This document shows, one piece after another, positions 37,319-47,219 of a DNA stretch of 64,000 nt. A program made the translations under genes and the position numbers. The DNA comes from Chloroflexota bacterium (GTDB taxonomy: Bacteria; Chloroflexota; Dehalococcoidia; JACPPY01): positions 13,752-77,751 of the forward strand of contig JACPPY010000047.1 in NCBI GenBank assembly GCA_016190755.1, written 5' to 3'. Each line of letters begins with the position of its first letter. Position 1 is the first letter of the stretch. Under the pieces are notes generated by a model. The model worked only from the letters and a program-made list of their open reading frames with translations, was not told where the DNA came from and ran no database searches.

Positions 37319-40300
37319 TTAGAAGTTGACCCTCACCGTCCCCCTGGCCAGGCCGTCGATAATCAGGTTGATCATCGCGGTCTTAGTGTTGCCGATGCGG
37401 CTGATGTAGACCACGGCATGGCCCTTCTCGTCTGTAACCAGCGCAGCACTGGTGGAGGCTACCCCAGCCGGCAGAGCCAGCTTAACGTTGAGCCCGGCAA
37501 TAGCCAGCGGTTTCCTGCCGGTGATGTCCATGAGCTGGATATCCACTCGCGCTCCCTTGTTCGCGGCGCCCGGCGTGGCCTCAGTAGAGGTGATCTTCAT
37601 GGTCATGGGCACGTACGCCGTCGTAGCTATCTGCACCGAACGATCCTCGCTGTCGACGTCATCCGGCACGTCTCCGGCCTTGACCCTGGCCGTCAGAGCA
37701 TAGCTGCCCATGGCGCCAGGTTTCCAGGGCACGGACAACGTCCGCGTGGTTCCGGGGAGCAGGGCGACTGGTATCGCCCTCACCAGCTTGTCCGCTGCGA
37801 GCACTTCCAGAGTGAAGGATGCCGGCTCGTTGCCCTGGTTGGCCACGTCCACCCTTACGGTACTGACACGGCCGGCCATCGGTACACCGAGGACACTGAC
37901 GCCGGTGACCGCTACGTCCTTCACGGAATTAGTAATGGTGGTCGAAATGGTCATTTCGTTGTTGTCTGGGTTGATGTCGCCGGGCACACCCGTGATCACG
38001 GCCCTGAGCGACCCTTCGCCTGGATCGCTAGGCACTATCCAGTTCCAGGTGACGACCTTGGTGGAAGGTTTGTTGGGAGCCGGAGGCTTCAGATTAGACA
38101 CATTCTGGATTGGCTTGAGCTGCACAGTGCCTTTAACCGGCGTCTCAACCCACATCTCTACCTTGAAGGTCTGGGTAGTTGTGCCCAGGTTCTCGACCAC
38201 CGCGTTGACCTTGACCGGCAAGCCCTTCTTGGGCGCCACGATCGGCTTGCCCTTAGTGTCCGTGATGGTGATGTTCGTGACGGCGATGTCCGCACCCTGG
38301 ATGGTTATGCCGGTCGACTTGCTGTTGTCGGATGTATCCTCTTCACCGGTTAACGGGTCGACCCCGGCGAGAACGTTGAGCGTGCCCAGCACATCGGCAG
38401 TCCACTCGATGCTGACGTCAGTATGATCGCCAGATGCCAGCGAAGGTATTGTCTCGCTGCCTATCAAGGTACCGCCAATGGAGAACTTCACGAGCACATC
38501 GCTGAGATCCACCATGCCTTCGTTGGTGACGGTAGTGGTGAAGGTCAGCTCCGTGCCGTAGTTGTACTTGTTCCCCGTGGCTGAAGGCGACACTACCGGC
38601 TTGGTGACCGACACGTCTATGCCACCCGAAACGTCAACCTCGGTAGAAACCATGTCGTCGTCGTAGTTCATCTGGCCAGGTAGGTCGGCGCCGATAGCCT
38701 GGATGGACATGTTTGCGCCGGACGTTTCAGGCACCCACGGCAGAGTGACGTCATTCGATTCGCCCGGTCCAAGCGCGCCCACGTCCACAGCGCCCAGCTC
38801 GTCGTCGCCGGCAAAGAAGGTCACCGAGTAGTCACCCGGCAGCGGAAGGGCGCCGTTGTTTTTCACCGTAACGGCGATCCAGTACTGCAGGCCGGTGAAG
38901 ACCTCTTCCACCACCGCCTTTTTGCCGGTCGCACCGGGCTCGGTGTCGGAGACGTAGATGTTGCTCAGGCCCACCTCGACGCCAACCTGCAAGTCGACCT
39001 GGAGCGTAGCTTCGTTGTCACCGGCGTCGGCCTCTCTGGGCAAGACGGGTGTGCTCGCCTTGACCAGGTAGTCGTGTATCACAACGTCATGCCCTTCTTG
39101 TCCAGCCTTCGGGTCCGGCACTAGCTCAGGTATCCACAGCACCGAGGTGTCCTGTGTGTCGCCCGGGTTGAGCTTATCTATCAGACCCGAGTCGATGGCG
39201 ATCGGGTCGCCAAAGACGTACTTCTTGCCGGGGAAACCCGGTTCACCAGGCTCAAGGTTCTTGACTTCCAGTATCGGGTATACCTGGAAGTTCACCTGAA
39301 CGTCCCTGATGGGCTCGTCGCCATTATTGGCCGCGGTGGCGGTTAGGACCACCTGCTGGCCGGTCAGGAACGTCGGCGGCTCATCGCCAGATTCAGCGAT
39401 AGCCTCGGCAGTTATGCCCGTGATGCCTATGTTGGTCGCCGGTATCGTGCCGCCATGGCCCCTGTCGGGCGCGACGTCTTTGATGTCGAATATGTCGCCC
39501 GCAGCCGCGGTTACCTTCATGGACCCATCGTCCACCATCGTGACCAACCACAGTATCTGCCATATGGTGTCGTCGCTGTTCATGCCTATGGTGAAGGTCT
39601 CAATGAGAGGCGACCATTTCTTGGTCGTGCCGTTCCACTGGAATATGAACAACTGTCCGCTGGGTCCGCCTCCATCGAGGGCCTTGACCATGGAGCTCTT
39701 AACCTTGCTCACGTCCAGGCCGGGGAGCTTCTTAGCATAGTTGGCCATGTCCGCCCTGGCGACGGCTGCCCTGGCGGCCGCTTTTGCCGCAGGGCCACCG
39801 GGGCCTGGCGGGAAGACGAAGCCGAAGGCCATGTAGTCGGCCCCGACGTCGTTGGACAGCGGGCCGGTGTAGCCGGTCGCTGTGTCCTCGTCCGTGTCGA
39901 GCATAAGTATGGAAACCAGAGGCATCGGGTCGGGACCGAACAACGGCAACTGCCCGTAGAACTTCGTCAGGAACATCGCGGAGTCGCGGGTCACCTGGAC
40001 GCCGACCTTGTCGATGTCTACCTTCGGCGCCCCGCCGTTGGCCTTGCTCGCTCCAGCCCCACCGACATTGACGTCCTCGGGGTCGGTGATTATCCACCTT
40101 ATTGGCGGGATCACGTTGACCTCGACCGGCACGCGCATCATGCCCCTGCCCGGGTCGTTGCTCTTGATGAGGAGCTCGGCGAAATAGCGGCCCATGTCCA
40201 TGCCGCGGCCGTCTATAGTCAGGTTGACCACCTGGCTTCCGCCTGGAGCTATGCTGCCGCTGGTGACGTCCTCGCTGAGCCACGGGACATCGCCGCCGGT

Positions 40301-43282
40301 CCCGCGGCCGAGGTTGGACAGCATGTTTTCATAGGCCTCCTCCGCCGTGTCGCCTTCGCCAACCGTGTAGATAAGGGCGACAGACTTGCTCCCGCCGGGG
40401 GCCAGAGAGCCCAGGGCGAAGTATATCGCGCCGGCAAGGTCTCCGGCGACCGGGCTGTCCGGGCCGTTTTGCATCCAGTTCCCGCCGTGGTCTATCGTGG
40501 TGTAGTCATCCCAGGCATTCAGGTCCCAGTCGTACACCGCGGGCCACGAGTCGCCCGTCGCTGCCATGCCATAGGAGAAGTACTTCCCACCGGCAGGGCT
40601 GGGCGGATCGATGGCCGTCAGGGCGAAGGAGTCGGGGTTAAACGACCATACATCGTCGCCGCCACTAGCGTTGGCGTCCCAGTCGATGACCCTCTTGTAG
40701 CGCAGGTCTCCGATGGGATCGGGGCTAGTATTCTTGAACTCGGTTCTGAGCACAACCGACCGGCTGTGCTTGTCGAAATGCAGCACGTGGTTGATCGACA
40801 GACGGTTGTCGACCGTCATCGCACTCATGCGCTGCTTGGCCTCATCAGGGGTATCCCTGAGGGTTTCCCTGCCGGTGTGGTTCAGGCCCGGATGCCCGTT
40901 GTCCGGGTAGGAGGAAACGGTCCGGCCGTCGTAGAATACCACATAGCCCTCGCCGTTCCAGGTGACGGCAATGCTCTCGGCCATGCCAGGCACACCGTCG
41001 CTATGCGGACGGGCAGGCTTGTACTCGAAGCCATACCCCGCGCCGCTCCTGGACCCTGCATCCGGCGGGTTCTTCCAGTCGAGCTCGCCCATGTCGGACA
41101 TACCGACGACCAGCCATTCGCCTTCGAACTTTATACCCGAAGAACCCGGAGGCGGTGGTGGCGGTCCTGGAGGCGCGCCCGCGGCGGCGCCGGCTGTCTT
41201 GTTGTTGGGCAGCACACGAGATTCACCACCTTGCGGGCTGGGCAGCGACTTGGCGCCAGGGCCAGGCCCTCCCGGGCCGCCTTTGGCAAAGCGGTCGCTT
41301 ATCTCCCATGCCAGGTCGCCCTCGCCCTCGTTGTATATGGTCACCTCGGCGGCGCCCATGGTGCCGCGGTCAAGCGGGTCTACCTTGATGTAGTTGGGCT
41401 CTACGCGAATTCTGGGTTCAGGCGCAGCAATGTGCACGTGCACATGCAGCATCATCGGGGAATGGGCCGGGTCATTGCTGTCGATGTGGATATTGCCGTC
41501 GTAGTCACCCGGCCTTGTGCTGAAGGTACTAAACTGCACCATCACATCAGTAGAGCCTGATGGCGGCACGGTGCCAGCTACGGGTGTTTCGTCAAGCCAT
41601 GGGAAATCAACGGGCGAACCCGGCTCAGCCATTTCGCTCAGACGGAAGGTCAGGTCAGCGGTGCCCACATTCTGTATGCGTAGATTGAATCTCGCGCTGC
41701 CATCCGGCGGCAGCATCACCGACTCAGGCCAATCGGGAGTCGCTACGATGCTGGGGCTGCCCGGTGGTGGCGTCGTCGGTGGTGGTGTCGTAGTCGGAGG
41801 AGGCGCACTTTGTAGCCAGTTAATAGCCTGGCGAGCGTTGATTATGCCGAAGCCATACCGGTCGTCCTGACCCGCCGGGTTCTTGTCCAGGGCCGTATTC
41901 CTCAGGGCGTCGAACGTCTTGCTGGGCAGGCTGCTCGCGGTCGGATGTAACTTCTGGTACTCCAGCAACAGGGCCACAGCGCCCGAGACGTGGGGCGTAG
42001 CCATGGAGGTGCCGGCCGCATAGCCATAGCCGCCGGGAACGGATGAGTAGATATTGTCAGAGTAGGGATCAGTGCCAGATCCGCCAGGTGCGGACAGGTC
42101 GGGCTTGAGCCAGCTCTCCGGCCAGTCGGCCGGGGCGCCGGCGCCGAATCCGCTCTTAACGATGGTGCCGCCGCCGCTATACGAGGCAACGTTGGTATCC
42201 GGGCCGACGGCGCCTATGCCCCAGGACTCGAAGATGTTGCCGGGTGAACCCGAAGTGCCGGGCCCGCTATTGCCTATCGCTACGACCGGCACAATGCCCG
42301 CTGCCTTCAACGCCCTGATGGGCTCAGCGTAAGCGGTCACGTACCCTGGAGCACCCAAAGACATGCTCACGACGTCCGCCGCCGGGCCGGAAGGGTTGTT
42401 AAAGCGGTCATAGGGCGCCATGGCCCACTGCATGCCGGACAGTATCTGGCTGAAGTAGCCCCAACTGCTGCCGCTGCTGACATTCGGCAGTACGGCGCCC
42501 ATCATCAGCTTCGCGCCCGGTGCTACGCCGATGTTAACTCCGGACGTGGCGCCGCCGGCTATAGTGCCCGACACGTGTGTGCCGTGCCAGCCGTAGTCCA
42601 CCGGCGTCGGGAACGGGCTGGTGCCATCAGGGTTGCCGATCGTGCCGTCGGGCTTCCAGGCCATCCAGCCGCCGGGGATATAGGAGTCGGCGGGTGAGGT
42701 CGTGAACAGCTTGCCGGCCAGGTCGGGGTGCGCGGGGTCGATGCCGGTGTCCAGCACAGCGACCTTCACGCCGTTGCCGCTAACGCTAAAGTCAGACCAT
42801 GCCTGCGGCGCGCCGATCATTCTCAGGCCCCAGGTCGGGCCAGGTAGAGGCGGCAGGACATCAGCTCCCCTTGCGACGCCGTCCAGCGCATACACCTTGA
42901 AGTTGGGTATGATGCGTTCTACATTCGGAAGGCCCGCCAGGACGCTGAGCGTGGCGGTATCAACGCGGGCGAGCACGGAGTTGTTGATCCAGTACTGGTT
43001 CAACACCTTGCCGCCGCCGCTGGTGACAGCCGATGTTACCGCGGCCAGGGATGTGGCAGCGCCAGCCTTCAAAGCGCCGGCCGTCCCAGCCGCGCTCACA
43101 CGGCTGAGGCTCACTGGCTTCATAATGACGACTACCTCAGCCGTTTCTCCCGCAGCTATCGACACCTCCACGCGGGCCGGGCTTACGGAGCCGGAGTCCG
43201 CGAAGACGAGGCCAAAGCCCGGGCTCATAACGACTATGGATAGGATGAGTAGTGCTGTGAGTGCCCATCTTCTGGTCTTCAC
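37319..43282 (-). CDS. Giant secreted subtilisin-like serine protease (peptidase S8) with Pro/Thr linker and many Ig/CARDB-like repeat domains
   Basis: Signal peptide MKTRRWALTALLILSIVVMS, catalytic triad motifs VAVLDTGID, HGTHVSGTIAGG and GTSMATPHVSGAVALL, then the linker PPPTTTPPPTTPPPGSP and about 1400 aa of repeated beta-rich modules. GTG start with an AGGAGG RBS. Confidence 0.85.
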   Translation of the reverse strand: MKTRRWALTALLILSIVVMSPGFGLVFADSGSVSPARVEVSIAAGETAEVVVIMKPVSLSRVSAAGTAGALKAGAATSLAAVTSAVTSGGGKVLNQYWINNSVLARVDTATLSVLAGLPNVERIIPNFKVYALDGVARGADVLPPLPGPTWGLRMIGAPQAWSDFSVSGNGVKVAVLDTGIDPAHPDLAGKLFTTSPADSYIPGGWMAWKPDGTIGNPDGTSPFPTPVDYGWHGTHVSGTIAGGATSGVNIGVAPGAKLMMGAVLPNVSSGSSWGYFSQILSGMQWAMAPYDRFNNPSGPAADVVSMSLGAPGYVTAYAEPIRALKAAGIVPVVAIGNSGPGTSGSPGNIFESWGIGAVGPDTNVASYSGGGTIVKSGFGAGAPADWPESWLKPDLSAPGGSGTDPYSDNIYSSVPGGYGYAAGTSMATPHVSGAVALLLEYQKLHPTASSLPSKTFDALRNTALDKNPAGQDDRYGFGIINARQAINWLQSAPPPTTTPPPTTPPPGSPSIVATPDWPESVMLPPDGSARFNLRIQNVGTADLTFRLSEMAEPGSPVDFPWLDETPVAGTVPPSGSTDVMVQFSTFSTRPGDYDGNIHIDSNDPAHSPMMLHVHVHIAAPEPRIRVEPNYIKVDPLDRGTMGAAEVTIYNEGEGDLAWEISDRFAKGGPGGPGPGAKSLPSPQGGESRVLPNNKTAGAAAGAPPGPPPPPPGSSGIKFEGEWLVVGMSDMGELDWKNPPDAGSRSGAGYGFEYKPARPHSDGVPGMAESIAVTWNGEGYVVFYDGRTVSSYPDNGHPGLNHTGRETLRDTPDEAKQRMSAMTVDNRLSINHVLHFDKHSRSVVLRTEFKNTSPDPIGDLRYKRVIDWDANASGGDDVWSFNPDSFALTAIDPPSPAGGKYFSYGMAATGDSWPAVYDWDLNAWDDYTTIDHGGNWMQNGPDSPVAGDLAGAIYFALGSLAPGGSKSVALIYTVGEGDTAEEAYENMLSNLGRGTGGDVPWLSEDVTSGSIAPGGSQVVNLTIDGRGMDMGRYFAELLIKSNDPGRGMMRVPVEVNVIPPIRWIITDPEDVNVGGAGASKANGGAPKVDIDKVGVQVTRDSAMFLTKFYGQLPLFGPDPMPLVSILMLDTDEDTATGYTGPLSNDVGADYMAFGFVFPPGPGGPAAKAAARAAVARADMANYAKKLPGLDVSKVKSSMVKALDGGGPSGQLFIFQWNGTTKKWSPLIETFTIGMNSDDTIWQILWLVTMVDDGSMKVTAAAGDIFDIKDVAPDRGHGGTIPATNIGITGITAEAIAESGDEPPTFLTGQQVVLTATAANNGDEPIRDVQVNFQVYPILEVKNLEPGEPGFPGKKYVFGDPIAIDSGLIDKLNPGDTQDTSVLWIPELVPDPKAGQEGHDVVIHDYLVKASTPVLPREADAGDNEATLQVDLQVGVEVGLSNIYVSDTEPGATGKKAVVEEVFTGLQYWIAVTVKNNGALPLPGDYSVTFFAGDDELGAVDVGALGPGESNDVTLPWVPETSGANMSIQAIGADLPGQMNYDDDMVSTEVDVSGGIDVSVTKPVVSPSATGNKYNYGTELTFTTTVTNEGMVDLSDVLVKFSIGGTLIGSETIPSLASGDHTDVSIEWTADVLGTLNVLAGVDPLTGEEDTSDNSKSTGITIQGADIAVTNITITDTKGKPIVAPKKGLPVKVNAVVENLGTTTQTFKVEMWVETPVKGTVQLKPIQNVSNLKPPAPNKPSTKVVTWNWIVPSDPGEGSLRAVITGVPGDINPDNNEMTISTTITNSVKDVAVTGVSVLGVPMAGRVSTVRVDVANQGNEPASFTLEVLAADKLVRAIPVALLPGTTRTLSVPWKPGAMGSYALTARVKAGDVPDDVDSEDRSVQIATTAYVPMTMKITSTEATPGAANKGARVDIQLMDITGRKPLAIAGLNVKLALPAGVASTSAALVTDEKGHAVVYISRIGNTKTAMINLIIDGLARGTVRVNF

Positions 43283-43634
43283 CTAAGGTTACCTCCTATA
43301 AGTTTTAAGTAAGTCCCAAGGCCCGCACCAGGCAGGCCATTATTACCACGGCTACGAATTCGGGTCCCTGTTCCCATGCAACATAAACACCACCCCTCCG
43401 CTTCCCTCTGTGCGATTCGGGTTGGCGACCAGTATGCAATGGGTTGGTGACCACTATAACATCACGTTTTCATGACGTCAACCCTTGTCAACATTACAGC
43501 GCCATCACAGCACCGTTCAGTTTGCGCTTGACCCAAATCTGCTCGAACAGTGTTGATATTGTGAGGTTTTTGTAAGGATTTGGTTTGGAAGTCGCCCCGT
43601 TGATGAATGCCCGGCTATGCGATATCCTTGAGCC

Positions 43635-44537
43635 GTGACCGAACTTTTGGTGGACACACCGGGCGTCAGGCTGGACAGGTTCGTCACTGACAGATGCGCC
43701 GGACTGTCCCGCGCACGGGTACAAAAGCTCATAGAGCTGGGGCTGGTGCGGGTGAGCGGCAGGCCTGCCAAGCCCGGCTACAGGCTGTCCGCTGGAGACA
43801 TCGTGTCTGTGACCGTCCCGCCGCACGCTCCGATTGAGCTAAAACCTGAGTCCATACCGCTGACCGTAGTCCACGAAGACGACGCTATTATCGTCGTCGA
43901 TAAGCCGGCGGGCATGACAGTCCACCCGGCCGCCGGAAACCGCGAGCATACCCTGGTCAACGCATTGCTGGCCCACTGTCCGGCCCTGGCAGCCAGCGTC
44001 ACGCCCGAGAGGCCGGGCATCGTGCACCGGCTGGACAAAGACACGTCGGGCCTCATGGTCATAGCAAAGGCCGATGCGGCATTCAAAGGCCTGATAGCTC
44101 AATTCCTCTCACGCCGCATCTTTAAGAGGTATACTGCACTGGTCACAGGACATGTCTCTCCGGAGAAGGGGATCATAGAGGCCCCGATAGGTCGCGATCC
44201 CTCCAACCGCAAGCGCATGGCAGTGGTGCTTGGAGGCAAGGAGTCCCGCACACGCTACAACGTGACGGAGTACATGGATGGTTACTCATTGCTGGAGATT
44301 ACACTTGAGACAGGCCGGACGCACCAGATAAGGGTGCACCTGGCGGCCATCGGACATCCCGTAGCAGGCGACCGCGTATACGGAGGCAAGTCCCCTCTCT
44401 TCAAACGCCAGTTTTTGCACGCCTCCGCGCTCGGGTTCGAGCATCCGGTTACGGGCGAGAGTTGCCAGTTCTTCTCTCCCCTGCCGGACGACCTCAGGCA
44501 AGGCCTGGAGACACTGCGCAGGAAAGCCGCGGGCTGA
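43635..44537 (+). CDS. rluD: RluA-family 23S rRNA pseudouridine synthase (RluD-like)
   Basis: S4 domain followed by HRLDKDTSGLMV, the catalytic Asp motif. Confidence 0.85.
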   Translation: MTELLVDTPGVRLDRFVTDRCAGLSRARVQKLIELGLVRVSGRPAKPGYRLSAGDIVSVTVPPHAPIELKPESIPLTVVHEDDAIIVVDKPAGMTVHPAAGNREHTLVNALLAHCPALAASVTPERPGIVHRLDKDTSGLMVIAKADAAFKGLIAQFLSRRIFKRYTALVTGHVSPEKGIIEAPIGRDPSNRKRMAVVLGGKESRTRYNVTEYMDGYSLLEITLETGRTHQIRVHLAAIGHPVAGDRVYGGKSPLFKRQFLHASALGFEHPVTGESCQFFSPLPDDLRQGLETLRRKAAG

Positions 44538-44628
44538 CTCTGTTCCTTCAAAGCACCACGCAGGCCGATGCATTGGCCAGTCGTTGAATTGTGTTAAAAT
44601 AGGGCACTTTTATGGCCGGAGGTATATC

Positions 44629-44907
44629 GTGGGCCAACGAGATGATCGTATGGTCGGGGCCAACACAGGGGGCGACCCAGCCGAAGCGGACCAGGCGATA
44701 TCTCAGTTCGCAACCGAGGCTGCATCCCTGACAGCTTCGGGTAAGATCGGGGCTGAGATCGTCAACCAGAAGAATGAGCTTCTCTGGAAGATCACGGCGC
44801 AGATAGACGAGACCAAGTTGAACCTGGAGCAGCTTGAGGAAACACAGAAAAACCTCAAGAAGCACCTGGCCCAACTGCAGTCGCTGAAGAAGATACTGTC
44901 AACGTAG
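44629..44907 (+). CDS. Hypothetical small coiled-coil protein
   Basis: GTG start with GGAGG 6 nt upstream. The C-terminal half forms heptad-like repeats (LEQLEETQKNLKKHLAQLQSLKK). Confidence 0.35.
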   Translation: MGQRDDRMVGANTGGDPAEADQAISQFATEAASLTASGKIGAEIVNQKNELLWKITAQIDETKLNLEQLEETQKNLKKHLAQLQSLKKILST

Positions 44908-45135
44908 AGGTGGGCATCCCGGCGGGACATCCTGCCAGGGACGGAGTTGCCGGGCCGGCTCTGCCCGATGGTTGGCTCCTGGTCTGAAGCATAATTACGT
45001 GGTGCGCGTGGACCTGCGCTACGTGCGAACGGGCATGTCCGCGCAACAGGCCGGACTCAAGCATCATGTCAGGCTCAAGCGGTATCCGTATCTGCTGCGG
45101 TAGACTACCATAATCTCGGATGCTAGAATGGTCGC

Positions 45136-45666
45136 ATGGGGCCTACAGGATATAGTTTGAAGGAAGTGGAACGGGTCCCTGAGATAACGACTGCAGAGCT
45201 AGCCGGCCTCTGGGCCAGGTTGGTCGCCTATGTTATAGATGTGGTGCTCCTTGGCCTGGTGTGCTGGGGCATCTCATATTTCCTCAATAGTGCATTCACC
45301 GACGGAGATCCGATCAGGACCTCGTCTGGGGTTGTAGGGACGGCGTCTGGCCTGTTCCTGGCCGGCAGCGCCATCTACTTCACATCTATGCTCAAGCATC
45401 GCGGCCAGACGCTTGGCAAGATGGCAGTGGGAATCAAAGTGATCAAGACGGACGCATCGCAACTGGGATGGAGCGACTCACTGAGGCGTTTTGCCGGCTA
45501 TGTGCTTTCGTGGCTGACGCTTCACCTGCTGTTCCTGAAAGTCGCCGTCGACCGGCACAGGCAGGGAGTACACGATCACATGGCCGATACATATGTGATC
45601 GTAGTGCCCAAGAAGAGGGTCAGCGTACCCCAGGCGCAGCCGTACGTGGCTCACATATGTCGCTAA
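45136..45666 (+). CDS. RDD-family membrane protein
   Basis: LWARLVAYVIDVVLLGLV...RDD-like topology; 176 aa. Confidence 0.6.
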   Translation: MGPTGYSLKEVERVPEITTAELAGLWARLVAYVIDVVLLGLVCWGISYFLNSAFTDGDPIRTSSGVVGTASGLFLAGSAIYFTSMLKHRGQTLGKMAVGIKVIKTDASQLGWSDSLRRFAGYVLSWLTLHLLFLKVAVDRHRQGVHDHMADTYVIVVPKKRVSVPQAQPYVAHICR

Positions 45667-47150
45667 CAGAGCCTTCCAATGTCAGGGTGCGTTATGCGCC
45701 TAGCCCCACGGGCTATCCTCACGTGGGCAATATTCGGACGGCCATGTTTAACTGGCTCTTCGCCCGCCACTACGGAGGCCGTTTCGTGTTGCGCATTGAG
45801 GATACCGACGTTGCCCGCACGGTCCCCGGGGCGCTGGAGGCGATACTGGAAAGCCTGCGCTGGTTGAACCTGGACTGGGATGAAGGTCCGGAGGTGGGTG
45901 GCGGCTATGGACCTTATGTGCAGTCCCAGAGGCTGCCGCTGTATCATGAGGCCGCCGAGCGCCTGGTGAGGGAAGGCCACGCCTACTACTGCTTCTGCTC
46001 GCCCGAGAGGCTGGAGCAGATGCGCGCTGAGCAAACAAAGCGTAAGGAGCCACCCAGATACGATCGGCTATGCCGTTGTCTCACGACTGATCAGGCGTCG
46101 GACAAGGCGACGTCCGGCGTGATTCCTGTCGTCCGTTTCAAAACCCCGCTGGAAGGATTGACGACCTTTACGGACCTGATCCGCGGCGAGGTCACTTTCG
46201 ACAACGCCACGCTGGACGATTTCGTGCTTCTCAAGTCGGACGGCTATCCTACCTATCACATGGCGAGCATAGTAGATGACCATAGCATGCTTATTTCGCA
46301 CGTGATGCGGGCCGAGGAATGGCTGTCCAGCACACCCCGGCATGTATTGCTGTACCGGGCGCTTGGCTGGGAACCGCCGCAGTTCGCCCACCTGCCCATG
46401 ATACTGGGACCCGACCGTTCCAAGCTGAGCAAGCGGCACGGCGCCACTTCTCTCATCGAGTACCGCGAAGCGGGCTTCCTGCCTGAGACAATGGTCAACT
46501 TCCTGGCCCTCCTGGGATGGTCCCTGGACGACAAGACTGAACTGTTGAGTCGAGAAGAGATAGTTAAGAGCTTCACTCTGGAGCACATAAGCAAGACGCC
46601 TGCTATCTTCAACCGTGAGAAGCTGGAGTGGATGAACGGCGTCTACATCCGTAGCCTTAAGGTTGAGGACTTAACCAACCGTATCATACCCTTCCTGGAG
46701 CGCGATCTGCCTCCGGGGGTGCCCAGACCTCTGTCGCGGGACTATGTGCTCAAGATCGCCCCCTTGATACAGGAACGCGCCAGGACGCTGGCCGAGGCGG
46801 CACAGTTGTCGGACTTCTTCTTCGTGGTTGAGCCGCACTACGACCCGGCGTTGCTACTGTCTAAGAACACCGGACCGGATGACATCGCCAATGCGCTGCA
46901 CATCACGCTGGAGAGGCTGCGAACAATAGAATCTTTCGATACGGCACGGCTTGAGCCCATGCTCCGCTCGCTGGCCGCCGAGCTGGGCATGAAGACCGGC
47001 GTGCTGTTCGGAGCGCTGAGGACCGCTACCACCGGCAGGACAGCCGCACCGCCGCTGTTCCAGACAATGGAGGCATTGGGCAAGGACAGGTGCCTGCGAA
47101 GAATAGAGGCCGCCATAGACCTGTTGGGCCGGCTCGAGCGGGCCAAATGA
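45657..47150 (+). CDS. gltX: Glutamate--tRNA ligase
   Basis: RYAPSPTGYPHVGNIRTAMFNW carries the HIGH motif, and KLSKR is the KMSKS motif. Start is the ATG at 45657; the ORF-track extension is rejected. Confidence 0.9.
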   Translation: MSLTEPSNVRVRYAPSPTGYPHVGNIRTAMFNWLFARHYGGRFVLRIEDTDVARTVPGALEAILESLRWLNLDWDEGPEVGGGYGPYVQSQRLPLYHEAAERLVREGHAYYCFCSPERLEQMRAEQTKRKEPPRYDRLCRCLTTDQASDKATSGVIPVVRFKTPLEGLTTFTDLIRGEVTFDNATLDDFVLLKSDGYPTYHMASIVDDHSMLISHVMRAEEWLSSTPRHVLLYRALGWEPPQFAHLPMILGPDRSKLSKRHGATSLIEYREAGFLPETMVNFLALLGWSLDDKTELLSREEIVKSFTLEHISKTPAIFNREKLEWMNGVYIRSLKVEDLTNRIIPFLERDLPPGVPRPLSRDYVLKIAPLIQERARTLAEAAQLSDFFFVVEPHYDPALLLSKNTGPDDIANALHITLERLRTIESFDTARLEPMLRSLAAELGMKTGVLFGALRTATTGRTAAPPLFQTMEALGKDRCLRRIEAAIDLLGRLERAK

Positions 47151-47219
47151 GTGAAGGGGACACAGGGGTAAGGGCTCCTTGTCCTCTCACGTTACATTTG
47201 ATGTAGGAGCGCCACAGCC

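Noticed and set aside
37160-41560. Long plus-strand ORFs (397, 238, 701 aa and others) opposite the protease gene
   Set aside because: They lie antisense to a gene with clear S8 motifs, are rich in Arg/Gly/Ala low complexity (typical of high-GC antisense frames), and have no RBS.
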